From NCBI GenBank assembly GCA_039589315.1, contig JBDHHQ010000016.1:1-64000 (forward strand): a stretch of DNA of 64,000 nucleotides. The letters run 5' to 3'. Below are positions 26,176 through 35,331 of this stretch, one piece after another; the stretch's first letter is position 1, and each line of letters opens with the position of its first letter. Source of the stretch: Gemmatimonadota bacterium. GTDB taxonomy: Bacteria > Gemmatimonadota > Gemmatimonadetes > Longimicrobiales > Gaopeijiaceae. A program made the position numbers and the translations under genes. The notes under the pieces are model-generated. The model did not search any database, was not told the origin of the DNA, and was given only the letters and a program-made list of their open reading frames with translations.

Positions 26176-28629
26176 TCATGGCTTCCGGCTCCCACCCGCA
26201 TCGGCCCGGGCGCCGGGGTCGTCGCCCAACAGCTCCTGCTCGAACCAGCGCGTCATGCGCCGGTAGCTGTCGCGCCGGCTGGCCTCTTCGCGCCAGCCGT
26301 GGGGCTCCACGGGGTAGACCACCAGATCGAAGTCCTTGTCCTTTTCCATCATGACCTGGGCCAGCCGGAACGAATCCTGGATCTGCACGTTGTTGTCCAC
26401 CAGCCCGTGTTGGATCTGAAGCCCACTCTGATAGCTGTCCACGTAGTAGACCGGGCTGGAGACGGTGTACGCCTCCTCGTCCTCGGTGGGTGACCCGTTC
26501 AGGATGCGACTCGTGTACCCGTGGTTGTAGTGGGCCCAATCGGTGACGGGGTAGCGGGCCACGCCGGCTCGCCACCGGTCCGGATGCCGGAACAGGGCCA
26601 TGACGGTGAAGAAGCCTCCGTAGGACCCCCCATACACCCCGATCCGGTCGCGGGCCACGCCATGATCTCTCTCGAGGATGTCCAGTAGAGCCAGCCCGCT
26701 GTCGATGTCGCTGACGCCCATCTGACGGTAGGCGTAGGTCCGGTTGGCGTGGCCGTACCCCGAGCTGCCCCGGTAGTCCAGGTTGGCGGTGACGAACCCC
26801 CGGTCGTGCATGTACTTGGCGTAGAGCTTCGCACCAGTGCGGCGCCAGCCCTTCGTGACGCCCTGGGCGCATTCGCCGCAGCCGTGCACGTAGACCACCG
26901 CCGCGCTGTTGGGATCGGGGGGCGACTCCCAGATCTCGGCCCACGTCTCGCCCCCGTCGTAGTCCTGGAAGCTGATGATCTCGCTCTCCAGGAGGGGGAG
27001 CCGGTAGAAGTCGTCGGTACCCGACTTGGTGATCCGGGTGGCCTCAGCCCCTGGCTGAGAGTCCAGCAGGTAGAGATCCCGCATCAGGCGTGGCGTTTCG
27101 AAGAGCGTGGCGACCCTCTCGCCGTCAGGCGACACCGCAGCCAGGTGCATGCCTTCCCCCCAGGTGATCCGCTCGAGGTCACCTCCCCGGGCCGGTAGCC
27201 GGTACAGGTGCTCTTCGCCGGGATGCTCCCTGCTCGTGGTCAGGTACCACCAACGCCCGTCCCGGGAAGGCCGGGCGCCCCGGACCTCCCAGGCGCCGTC
27301 GGTGAGCTGTGTCACGGTGCCATCCGTGTCGGCCAGGTACAGCATGGACCAACCGCTGGCCGTAGAGGCAAACGCGAATCCGCTCCCGTCGGGGAGCCAC
27401 TGCATCCATCCCGGCGACCAGCGTCCCTCGACCAGGGGGCCGCCGATCCAAGCGTCCTCATGCTGGTGGTCCACGACGGTCAGACCGCCGGTCTCCACGT
27501 CGATGAAGGCGATCCAGCGGTCCTTGTGATCCATGGAGAGGATCTGCACCACGCCGTGCTCCCCCGTGGGGCTCCAGAAGGGACCGTGCGTGACCACGGC
27601 CTTGTCGGTGGGAGCATCGGCCCACGTCACCTCGATGGAGTCGGGCAGAACAGCGGCGTCCACCGGAACGATGCCGAAACGGAACTCCGGCAGGGGCTCG
27701 CCCACCTTCGGACGCGCCGGCCGTGGCTCGGCGTAGCCGCTCTCGTTCACATACTCCAGGAAATGGGTCTGATGCTCGCCTTTGGGCGTCTTGACCTCCA
27801 GGAAGGTCATGTAGCGGCCGTCCGGAGTGAGGCGGACGCTCGTGGGCACGGCACCATTGGCCGTGGGAATGGCCTGGACGGGATCGACCGAGAGCGAACG
27901 CTGGACGCTGTCGGCGACCTCCTGGTCCCGCTTGCGCTTGCGAACGGTCTCGATCAAGTCGAGCTGTTGGTCCGCGAGCCACTTCGCCGCATCCGTCGAG
28001 TCGTCGGCCGCGAGCTCGTGCGGCGCCGCCAGCTGGCGCACGCGCCCATCCACGAGCTCCGCGACCCACAGGTCCCCCGCGTCCTGAACGAAGCGCATGG
28101 GCTCGGGACGGCCCGGACCTCCGCCCCCGGGCGCGTGGGCGAAGAACGCGTGCATCCCATCGGGGGAGAGCTCCAGATTGCGGAGCTCGCGCTCGCTCCG
28201 GTAGACCGGGCGCGTGCCCTCGGCGCCATCCCACACGAAGAGCACGCCATCCCGGGTCCACGCCGCCCGACTCGCGTCTGCCGACCAGACCACGTCCGAG
28301 GGCACCAGCGCAGCTTCGGCCGCGTCCAGCCGTCGAGCTTCGTCGCCGTCAGGGTCCACGGCGTACCACGGATCCGTGGCCGGCACCTGGCCAGGAGCCG
28401 GGTCTTCGCGCCATTGGAAGTAGATCCACGCGCCATCCGGGGACCACGTCACGTTCCTGGGCGCGAGCCCCATCCAGCGAGCGTCCAGGGACAGGTGCTC
28501 GAGCGTGAGCTCGAAACCGGGGTCCACGTCGTCCAGGGTCAGATCCGACTGCCGTAGGAGCTGCGCATCGGTCGGGGTGGCTTGCGCGGCCAGGACCAAC
28601 GCCAGCGCGCCGACGAGGGTGCGGGTCAT
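26176..28629 (-). CDS. Secreted S9 family (prolyl oligopeptidase/DPP-IV-like) serine peptidase
   Basis: Signal peptide; WSPDG-type propeller repeats; DYRGSSGYG, GGSYGG nucleophile, DNNV, EPHG. Confidence 0.92.
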   Translation of the reverse strand: MTRTLVGALALVLAAQATPTDAQLLRQSDLTLDDVDPGFELTLEHLSLDARWMGLAPRNVTWSPDGAWIYFQWREDPAPGQVPATDPWYAVDPDGDEARRLDAAEAALVPSDVVWSADASRAAWTRDGVLFVWDGAEGTRPVYRSERELRNLELSPDGMHAFFAHAPGGGGPGRPEPMRFVQDAGDLWVAELVDGRVRQLAAPHELAADDSTDAAKWLADQQLDLIETVRKRKRDQEVADSVQRSLSVDPVQAIPTANGAVPTSVRLTPDGRYMTFLEVKTPKGEHQTHFLEYVNESGYAEPRPARPKVGEPLPEFRFGIVPVDAAVLPDSIEVTWADAPTDKAVVTHGPFWSPTGEHGVVQILSMDHKDRWIAFIDVETGGLTVVDHQHEDAWIGGPLVEGRWSPGWMQWLPDGSGFAFASTASGWSMLYLADTDGTVTQLTDGAWEVRGARPSRDGRWWYLTTSREHPGEEHLYRLPARGGDLERITWGEGMHLAAVSPDGERVATLFETPRLMRDLYLLDSQPGAEATRITKSGTDDFYRLPLLESEIISFQDYDGGETWAEIWESPPDPNSAAVVYVHGCGECAQGVTKGWRRTGAKLYAKYMHDRGFVTANLDYRGSSGYGHANRTYAYRQMGVSDIDSGLALLDILERDHGVARDRIGVYGGSYGGFFTVMALFRHPDRWRAGVARYPVTDWAHYNHGYTSRILNGSPTEDEEAYTVSSPVYYVDSYQSGLQIQHGLVDNNVQIQDSFRLAQVMMEKDKDFDLVVYPVEPHGWREEASRRDSYRRMTRWFEQELLGDDPGARADAGGSRKP

Positions 28630-28716
28630 GGTGGTGCTCCGGTCTGTGGGATGGGGCGGATCCCGGTAAGGTGGGGCGGCCGGTGGCGGGGTGTCGAGGG
28701 GGGCCGACCCAGCCGA

Positions 28717-29946
28717 CTACGCGGCCGCTCGCCACCCTCGGGTCGGAGACCCGGGTCCGGCACCCTGACGACGGCGCTCCGCCCGGCGAGCCCTGCGAGC
28801 CAGGAGGCGCAGAGTGCTCGATCGGGCCCAGTAGAAGGGGCGTGCCAGCCGGTGCCCGAGCACCTGCCCCGGCGTCAGTGCGCCCGTCGAGGCGCGGATG
28901 TAGTCCCCGCTGGGGAGCAGCCACCACCACGCCAGCTTGGCCTGGACGGCCGCGGAGCGTCGGCGAGTGCCTCGCGACCAGCGACCGGCCGTCCGCCCCA
29001 TCCTCAGCGCCATGTCTCTCTGGAGGGGCGTGACGTCGACGGCGAGCTGGTCGAGCTCATCGGAGGCCCACTCGGGCACGAGGGCGTCGAGCTCCCGGAC
29101 CAGGTACCCGAGGGCCACGGCCATGGGGACCGCCGACCCGGTGCAATGGGCGACCTCCACGAGCGACCGCCAATCATGCCGACCCATATGTCGGATCAAC
29201 TGCCAGGCATCCACGGCCCAAACCAGCGAGCTGGACGTGGGAGTGGAGGCAGCGTGCACACACACGTGGTGCAGGTGGTCGGCCGCGGACAGCGTCGGAG
29301 TCGGACACCCGGCCACCGTAGTCATACGGCCACGCGAGAAGAGGTCGGACCACGGCACCTGGTAGGAGGCGGACCGGAAGAGCCCAGACTGGACCACGAG
29401 GGGGAGCCCGGTGGGGTGGGAGAAGGCGATCTCGTCGGGGTAGTCCGCCAGCTCCGGAGCCGGGCGGAATCCGGCCGTGGCGAGTGCGTCGGCCGGCAGC
29501 TCCGGAGCCTCGGGCGGGACCAGCAAGTTGACGTCGTGGCTGTGGCGGAGCCGCGGCTCATCGTACGCCGCGTAGCCGAGAGCCGCCCCTTTGAGGAGCA
29601 GATAAGGGGCGCCCGTCCGGCCCAGCGCCTCCAGCAGAGCCGCGAGAACCCGCTCCACCTCACGACAGCGGAGCTCCTCGTGAAACGCCGCCGTCCGGAG
29701 ACGGGTCACGAGCTCGGCCGGTGCCGGCGCCCCGTGCCGAGCGAGCCCAGCCGTGAGCACCGGCGCCAGACGACGCTGCCCCCGTCCGCCGAGGCCCAGA
29801 AACGCGGGGACGTCCTCGACGGAGGCCATGAAGCCGGTCCAGGCGTCCCGTCCAGCAGCCTCGTCGTGTAGGCAAGCCCGTAGCAGGAGCGTGCGGTGCG
29901 CGTCGGGCAGGAATCGCCCCACCGCTGCGCGCAGTGCCGGATGCAT
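28717..29946 (-). CDS. Nucleotidyltransferase family protein (NTP_transf_5-like), degenerate acidic motif
   Basis: LLKGAAL...Y...RHSHDVNLLV (DxN instead of DxD), DHLHHVCVH. Start placed at ATG 29946. Confidence 0.8.
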   Translation of the reverse strand: MHPALRAAVGRFLPDAHRTLLLRACLHDEAAGRDAWTGFMASVEDVPAFLGLGGRGQRRLAPVLTAGLARHGAPAPAELVTRLRTAAFHEELRCREVERVLAALLEALGRTGAPYLLLKGAALGYAAYDEPRLRHSHDVNLLVPPEAPELPADALATAGFRPAPELADYPDEIAFSHPTGLPLVVQSGLFRSASYQVPWSDLFSRGRMTTVAGCPTPTLSAADHLHHVCVHAASTPTSSSLVWAVDAWQLIRHMGRHDWRSLVEVAHCTGSAVPMAVALGYLVRELDALVPEWASDELDQLAVDVTPLQRDMALRMGRTAGRWSRGTRRRSAAVQAKLAWWWLLPSGDYIRASTGALTPGQVLGHRLARPFYWARSSTLRLLARRARRAERRRQGAGPGSPTRGWRAAA

Positions 29947-29959
29947 GGACGTCCGCCGG

Positions 29960-30676
29960 CTAGGCCGCGCCTGCGGCCGGGTTGGTGCCCGCAACCCGCT
30001 TTCGGTCCAGCGCGCCCTTGAGGATGCCGAAGAACTCATCGAGGCTCCGGCTGGCGTGCGTGCGGCTGACGTTGTCCGGATGCAGGCGACGCAGGACCAT
30101 CACGTCGTCCAACAGCTCGCCCCTGACGTCCAGCTCTCTGGCCCGCAGGAACCAGTCCATGGAGTCGCCGTGCCCCAGAGAGGTGTTGAAGGGCCCGACC
30201 CGCCCGAAGGCGGTCTTCCGGGCCAGGAGCGCTTGCGTAACGTATGCGGCGATGGCCTGTCCCCGAGCGTGGCTCTGGAACTGCCGTGCCTCGTGGGCGA
30301 GCTCGTCTTCCCAGAAGTTCTGAGCGTAGCAGACCACGAAGTCGAGGTCTGGACGGGCGTTCAGAACGCCGACCTGCCGCTTCAGCTTCTCGGCCGTCCA
30401 GAGATCGTCCGCATCCAGGAATGCCACGAACTCTCCGTTCGTCAGACCGAGACCGTGGTTTCGGGTCGTGGCGGGTCCTGCGTTGTTCTGACGTACGTAG
30501 CGCACGGCCTCGCCGAACCCCCGGACCACGTCCGGCGTCGCGTCGGTCGAGCCGTCATCGACCACGATGATCTCGATGGGCAGGTAGGTCTGGGCGAGGA
30601 TGCTGTCCAGCGCCTTGGCCAGGTACCGCTCTCCGTTGTAGACCGGAACGATGCAACTCACCAAATGCGTGATCAT
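29960..30676 (-). CDS. GT2 family glycosyltransferase
   Basis: VSCIVPVYNGE, VVDDGSTD, RNHG, AFLDADDLW. Start overlaps the kinase stop (ATGA). Confidence 0.93.
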   Translation of the reverse strand: MITHLVSCIVPVYNGERYLAKALDSILAQTYLPIEIIVVDDGSTDATPDVVRGFGEAVRYVRQNNAGPATTRNHGLGLTNGEFVAFLDADDLWTAEKLKRQVGVLNARPDLDFVVCYAQNFWEDELAHEARQFQSHARGQAIAAYVTQALLARKTAFGRVGPFNTSLGHGDSMDWFLRARELDVRGELLDDVMVLRRLHPDNVSRTHASRSLDEFFGILKGALDRKRVAGTNPAAGAA

Positions 30677-31791
30677 GAGGTCACCTCCGTCAGGAGTCGT
30701 GCCACGCGGTCCGGGATCCGCTCCATGTCGCGGCCCAGCTCCAGCCAGAATGTGGGGATCGTCTCCACCATCTCGCCGAGACGCGCCAGCCCGTCCGGCC
30801 TCGCGCACGCGTGGGGGAGCTGGAGGAGCGTGCTGGGCGCGAGCCTGAGCAATGCTTCGAGTCGGCTGGCCGGCCGGACGCGGGTCTCTTCCGCATCCAC
30901 GACACGCGGCAACGCCAAAGCACGAATCGAGGTCCGCGCCGACAGGCCGTCGGGCTTCGCGTCGGCCAGTAGTACCAGGGACTTGTCCTCACCCGGCAGG
31001 CTTCCCGGAATCGCGTAGGGCGAGAGCCAGGGAAATCGCTCCAGGTGATGGGGCTCGAGGTGTGTGGAGGAATACATGCTGTGGCCTACGTATCCGTCCG
31101 GGGTTCGCTCGACCCCCACGTAGTCGTCGGCCTGGTACTGGAACCCGGCCTTGAGGCACGCGAGAGCCGTCGTCGACTTGCCCGATCCTCCTTGCCCCCC
31201 GAGCAGAATGCCCTGGCCGTCGAGTGACACGAGCCCCGCGTGGACGGGCTGGACCCTCCGGTCCTGATGCCAGAGAAGCAGCGCAGAATGGAGCGGACGT
31301 CCCTGCTCGTAGAGGGTGAGCTGACGGGCGTCTCCGACCCAGCCCGCGATGCGACGCTGGGCCCGATCGAAGCCTGCCACTGTCTGAGCGCGCTCATGAA
31401 TCAAGACCCGGCCGTCGTCCGAGGCCGTGACCTGTCCGCGCACGGCCAGGTCGGGGGCAGCTTCGATACCGGGGACCGTCACGCCGGTCTCGGCCTCGTC
31501 CCACATGTCGATGAACAGCCCCACGGCGTCGTCGTCGACCGGCTCACGGCGCAGGTGCCGGAACGGCCGATCGAGGGCCTCGGCCAGACGGCTGCCGAGA
31601 ACCCGAACGCGCACGGGACGACCCGCCAGCGTGTAGTACCGGGTCAGCGCCGCTGCAGACCCGTCGCCGCCGAGAGCGAGCTCGAACGCGGCCGCCAGGT
31701 CGTCGAAGGTCCGTCGGGCCTGGGCCGCTCCGCGCCGACCCGCCGCAAGGTGGGGGTCGGGAGGAGCGAGGGTGGCCTGCTCAGGCGTCAT
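30673..31791 (-). CDS. HPr kinase-like (HprK-related) P-loop kinase
   Basis: VHAGLV...GGQGGSGKSTT...ADDYV. Start at 31791 overlaps the end of the RRE gene. Confidence 0.85.
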   Translation of the reverse strand: MTPEQATLAPPDPHLAAGRRGAAQARRTFDDLAAAFELALGGDGSAAALTRYYTLAGRPVRVRVLGSRLAEALDRPFRHLRREPVDDDAVGLFIDMWDEAETGVTVPGIEAAPDLAVRGQVTASDDGRVLIHERAQTVAGFDRAQRRIAGWVGDARQLTLYEQGRPLHSALLLWHQDRRVQPVHAGLVSLDGQGILLGGQGGSGKSTTALACLKAGFQYQADDYVGVERTPDGYVGHSMYSSTHLEPHHLERFPWLSPYAIPGSLPGEDKSLVLLADAKPDGLSARTSIRALALPRVVDAEETRVRPASRLEALLRLAPSTLLQLPHACARPDGLARLGEMVETIPTFWLELGRDMERIPDRVARLLTEVTS

Positions 31792-32260
31792 CGGCTGGGT
31801 CCTGCCACGGGGTCTGGGCCAGGCCGGGCATGGGCGGATCCAGGGCCAGGAGCTCCGCCATGTCGGTAAAGGACTCGAGCTGGGGCGCCTCATAGGCCTC
31901 GGCGGCCCGGTCCCACGCCGTCGCCACCGCTTCCACCGGGACGTTGCCGCGGGTCTGGACCAGCCCCTCGTCCATCAGCCGGGTCGCCAGGCTTTCGACG
32001 TCCGCGAGCGCGGCGGCCTCGCTCACGGCATACCGCCGGGTCAGGGACTCGGCCGTCTCGGCCAGGCTGTGCCCCGCGACCAACCACTCCAGGACGAACG
32101 CCCCCGTGCCCGTCAGGCTGTAGTAGTAGCCGTTCGCCAGGTTCATGATTATGGCCTCGCCATCCATGACCTTCGCGGCCACGTCCGCCTCGTTGAGAGC
32201 GAGACGGTCGGCCTGGCCGAGCCTCACTCCGCTGTTCTGGATCGCTGATATCTCCGCCAT
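31781..32260 (-). CDS. PqqD family / RiPP recognition element (RRE) with C-terminal lasso-leader-like extension, 159 aa
   Basis: AAGGAG RBS; VMDGEAIIMNLANGYYYSLTGTGAFVLEWL...DVESLATRLMDEGLV (PqqD pattern), then YEAPQLESFTDMAELLALDPPMPGLAQTPWQDPADDA. Confidence 0.88.
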   Translation of the reverse strand: MAEISAIQNSGVRLGQADRLALNEADVAAKVMDGEAIIMNLANGYYYSLTGTGAFVLEWLVAGHSLAETAESLTRRYAVSEAAALADVESLATRLMDEGLVQTRGNVPVEAVATAWDRAAEAYEAPQLESFTDMAELLALDPPMPGLAQTPWQDPADDA

Positions 32261-32280
32261 GGGATCTGTCTCCTTGATCA

Positions 32281-33423
32281 TTAGGACGAGAGCCTTCTCC
32301 TGGAGCCCCGTCGGTTCCGTGCCACCCGTTCGTACAAAGCCTCGTACCGCTCCACGTACTGCTCCCAGCCGAAGTCCCGACCGGCCCTGTGGAGAGCGGC
32401 GCGGCCCATCGCTTCGGTCTCCTCCCGCTGCGCGAGGATGGCCTCCATCGCCCGGGCCCAGTCGTCCGGGCTCTCTGGCGGGACCAGCAACCCGGTCTCG
32501 CCGTCTGCCACCACCTCGACCAGCCCCCCGACCCGTGCGGCGATCACCGGCCGACCGAGTTGGGCGGCTTCCAGAGCCACCAGGCCGAAGGCCTCCCGTC
32601 TGGACGGCACGAGCAGGGCCGTGACCCGGTTGATCGAGTCCTGGACACGGGCCGGATCCACCCAGCCCGTCAGCTCGACCCGGTCGACCAGGCCGTGCTC
32701 CTGCACGAGCCGCTTCACGTCCGCGCGAGCCGGCCCATCTCCGGCAAGCACCATCCGTGCCGCCGGGAATCGGGCCGAGACCTGGTGGAAGGCCCGCACG
32801 GCGGTGTCGAAGCCCTTGTCGTGCACCATGCGGCCCAGGCAGAGCAGCACGGGTGGATCCCACGGCAGTGGCGTAGGCTGAACACCGGGCACCTCCAGCG
32901 CGTTGGGGATCACCGAGTGGGGAGTCCGGCTGGGCGATGCCAGCCCCCCGTAGCTCTGGCGCACGGCCTCGCTGCAATACGCGATCCAGTGGGCGTCCCG
33001 CAAAGCCCCTGAGACCAATGCGCTTAGGGCGTCCACGGCTTCCAGGGTCTCCGCCTGCTGCATCGTCACCAGGACGGGGGGTGCCTGGGCCGACGGCGTC
33101 GTGAGCCGCTGGAAGAGCGTACCCGGCCCGACCTGGCCGATGTGCACCACGTCCGGGCCGAAGTCCGCCCGTGCGGCGGACGCCTGGTAGAGGGTCTCCC
33201 GGAACAGTCGCCGATCGCCCTCGCTCAACGCCTGCCAGAAGGGGAATCGCAGGATGCGAACGCCTTCATGTCGGTCGTCGCGAGGGAGATCGCTGCCGTC
33301 GTGTTGTGTGAAGACCACACACTCGTGACCTCGGTCCGTCAGCGATCGGAGCAAGGCCGCCGAGATCCGGGGCACCCCACCGACTGCCGGCCAGTAGCCC
33401 TCCGTCCAGTAGAGGATCTTCAT
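32281..33423 (-). CDS. GT4 family glycosyltransferase (paralog A)
   Basis: MKILYW...GG, LCLGRMVHDKGFD, GDGP, PSRREAFGLVALEAA (EX7E). Confidence 0.93.
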   Translation of the reverse strand: MKILYWTEGYWPAVGGVPRISAALLRSLTDRGHECVVFTQHDGSDLPRDDRHEGVRILRFPFWQALSEGDRRLFRETLYQASAARADFGPDVVHIGQVGPGTLFQRLTTPSAQAPPVLVTMQQAETLEAVDALSALVSGALRDAHWIAYCSEAVRQSYGGLASPSRTPHSVIPNALEVPGVQPTPLPWDPPVLLCLGRMVHDKGFDTAVRAFHQVSARFPAARMVLAGDGPARADVKRLVQEHGLVDRVELTGWVDPARVQDSINRVTALLVPSRREAFGLVALEAAQLGRPVIAARVGGLVEVVADGETGLLVPPESPDDWARAMEAILAQREETEAMGRAALHRAGRDFGWEQYVERYEALYERVARNRRGSRRRLSS

Positions 33424-34196
33424 CAAACGAGCGCCCGCCGTGACGGATTCGCGGTGGATGCGCCCTCTCCACCGGACGACCACGCGGCGGAGGACAACCT
33501 CGTAGCCCTTGACTCCGGGGCAGACGACTCCGTGGCGGACCTCGCGCCGATGGCGTAGCGCAGGTGGAAACCCTCCAGATCGCCCTCGAGGCTGTCCCGG
33601 AGCAGCTCGTTCAGCTCCTCCGGGCGGACGTGAACGCCGAACGGGTCCGCCTTGGGCGTCTGTCGATGGAAGATGCCGATGCGTACCGCGACGAAGGTTC
33701 GCAGCCGGCCCGTATCCACGAACACGTGACCGGCCATCTCCCCGACTCCTTTGGACAACCCGTACGGACACGTGGGACCCAGCAGTTGGGGATCCTCCGG
33801 GAGTCCCGCTTTCCCCCGCTCCTCGAGGAGTTTCGTGACCGACCACAGGGAGCTGGCGAACACCACTCGGGGGATGCGGCGCGCGGCTGCCTCCTCGAGG
33901 ACGTTCCAGGTCACCTTGATGTTCGACTCGAGCACCTCTGACCAAGTCGAAGCGGGACTGACCACCGCTGCCAAGTGGAGAACCGCGTCCGCGCCATCGA
34001 ATGCCCGCTGCCAGCGGGAGCGGCGACGCCCGACCGCGCGCAAGAGGCGGCCCGGGCGGCGGCTGAGGTCGGCGCGGAGAACCGGACCTCGGCGCGGCGC
34101 CCGCACGTCGATGCCGACGACCTCATGTCGCGCAGCGAGGTACGGAATCACCGTGCGTCCGATCCGCCCTCGCGCCCCCGTGACGACGATGCGCAT
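33423..34196 (-). CDS. NAD-dependent epimerase/dehydrogenase (extended SDR, uronate dehydrogenase-like)
   Basis: VVTGARGRIG, HLAA, VFASS, YGLSK, VRIG. Confidence 0.88.
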   Translation of the reverse strand: MRIVVTGARGRIGRTVIPYLAARHEVVGIDVRAPRRGPVLRADLSRRPGRLLRAVGRRRSRWQRAFDGADAVLHLAAVVSPASTWSEVLESNIKVTWNVLEEAAARRIPRVVFASSLWSVTKLLEERGKAGLPEDPQLLGPTCPYGLSKGVGEMAGHVFVDTGRLRTFVAVRIGIFHRQTPKADPFGVHVRPEELNELLRDSLEGDLEGFHLRYAIGARSATESSAPESRATRLSSAAWSSGGEGASTANPSRRALV

Positions 34197-34200
34197 GGGC

Positions 34201-35331
34201 TCAGGCGGCCCGCCGTATCAACCGTCGATACATCGCGTCGTACTCGGCCACGTACCGGTCGAGGGAGAAGCGCTCCGTGGCGCGCATGTGGCCCTGCTCG
34301 CCCAGGGACCGAGCCTGATCCGGGCTCCGTAGAAGCCGTTCCAGGGCGCCGGCCATGGCGGCGGGGTCCTCCTTGGGGACCGTCAGGCCGGACTCCTGAT
34401 GTGCCACGACCTCGACGAGACCGCCGACTCGAGTGGCCACGACGGGTCGCCGCATGAGCGCCGCCTCGACTGCTACCAGACAGAAGGGCTCCTCCCAACG
34501 GGATGGGATGACCACAGCCGAGGACCGGTTCAGCTCCGCGGGCACGTCCTCCGGGCTTACCCAGCCCGTGAACTCCACCGCGTCCTCGATCCCGAGGCTC
34601 CGAGCCAAGCTCTCCAGAGCCGCTCGTTCCGGTCCGTCACCCGCCACGGTGAGCTGGGCCTCCGGGAACGTCTCGCGGAGCAAGGCGAAGGCGTGTACCG
34701 CGGTGTCGAATCCCTTGTCGTGCTTCAGACGGCCCAGGCAGAGCAGCCGCGGGGGATCGAAGGGCAGGGGCGTCGGTTCGAGGACCGGCGTATCCAGACC
34801 GTTGTAGACGACGCTGGACCTGCCCACGATGTCGGGAGCGGCCCGGTGGGCGTCGGCGAGAACGGCGCCGGAATTGGCTGTCACCCAGTCCGCGCCCCGA
34901 AGCAGCCGCGTGATCAGGCTGTCGTCCGAGTACTCCCGGGGGAGCGGTGACCGAATGGCCAGGATCCAGGGTTCGGCCTCACGGGACGCGCTGGCCATGT
35001 GGAAGTAGCCACTGGGCCCCGCGAAGTTCACGTGGGTGATGGTCGGGCGAAACTCCGCCCTCAGCCGTGTGACCGCCTTGCCCATACGAAGCATGCCCAA
35101 GGGGTCCCGCGCCTCCAGGACCTGCCGGAACGGGAAGCGATGGATGGGCACTCCGTCGCGGACCTCGAAATCGGGCAGGTCCATCTCGGCGTGGGCCGTG
35201 ACTACGGCGATCTCGTAGCCCCGCTCCCGTAGCTCCTTCAGGAGCTTGGCGCTCAACACCTCCACGCCGCCGATGTAGGGCCAGAAGAGCTCGGTCCAGT
35301 AGAGCAGTCTCATCCCGTTTTCCCCGGTCAT
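34201..35331 (-). CDS. GT4 family glycosyltransferase (paralog B)
   Basis: LLYWTELFWPYIGG, LCLGRLKHDKGFD, GDGP, PSRWEEPFCLVAVEAA. TAATG coupling to the upstream nucleotidyltransferase. Confidence 0.93.
   Translation of the reverse strand: MTGENGMRLLYWTELFWPYIGGVEVLSAKLLKELRERGYEIAVVTAHAEMDLPDFEVRDGVPIHRFPFRQVLEARDPLGMLRMGKAVTRLRAEFRPTITHVNFAGPSGYFHMASASREAEPWILAIRSPLPREYSDDSLITRLLRGADWVTANSGAVLADAHRAAPDIVGRSSVVYNGLDTPVLEPTPLPFDPPRLLCLGRLKHDKGFDTAVHAFALLRETFPEAQLTVAGDGPERAALESLARSLGIEDAVEFTGWVSPEDVPAELNRSSAVVIPSRWEEPFCLVAVEAALMRRPVVATRVGGLVEVVAHQESGLTVPKEDPAAMAGALERLLRSPDQARSLGEQGHMRATERFSLDRYVAEYDAMYRRLIRRAA

Noticed and set aside
31781..32260. PQQ biosynthesis (pqqD)
   Set aside because: No pqqA/B/C/E or radical SAM gene nearby.
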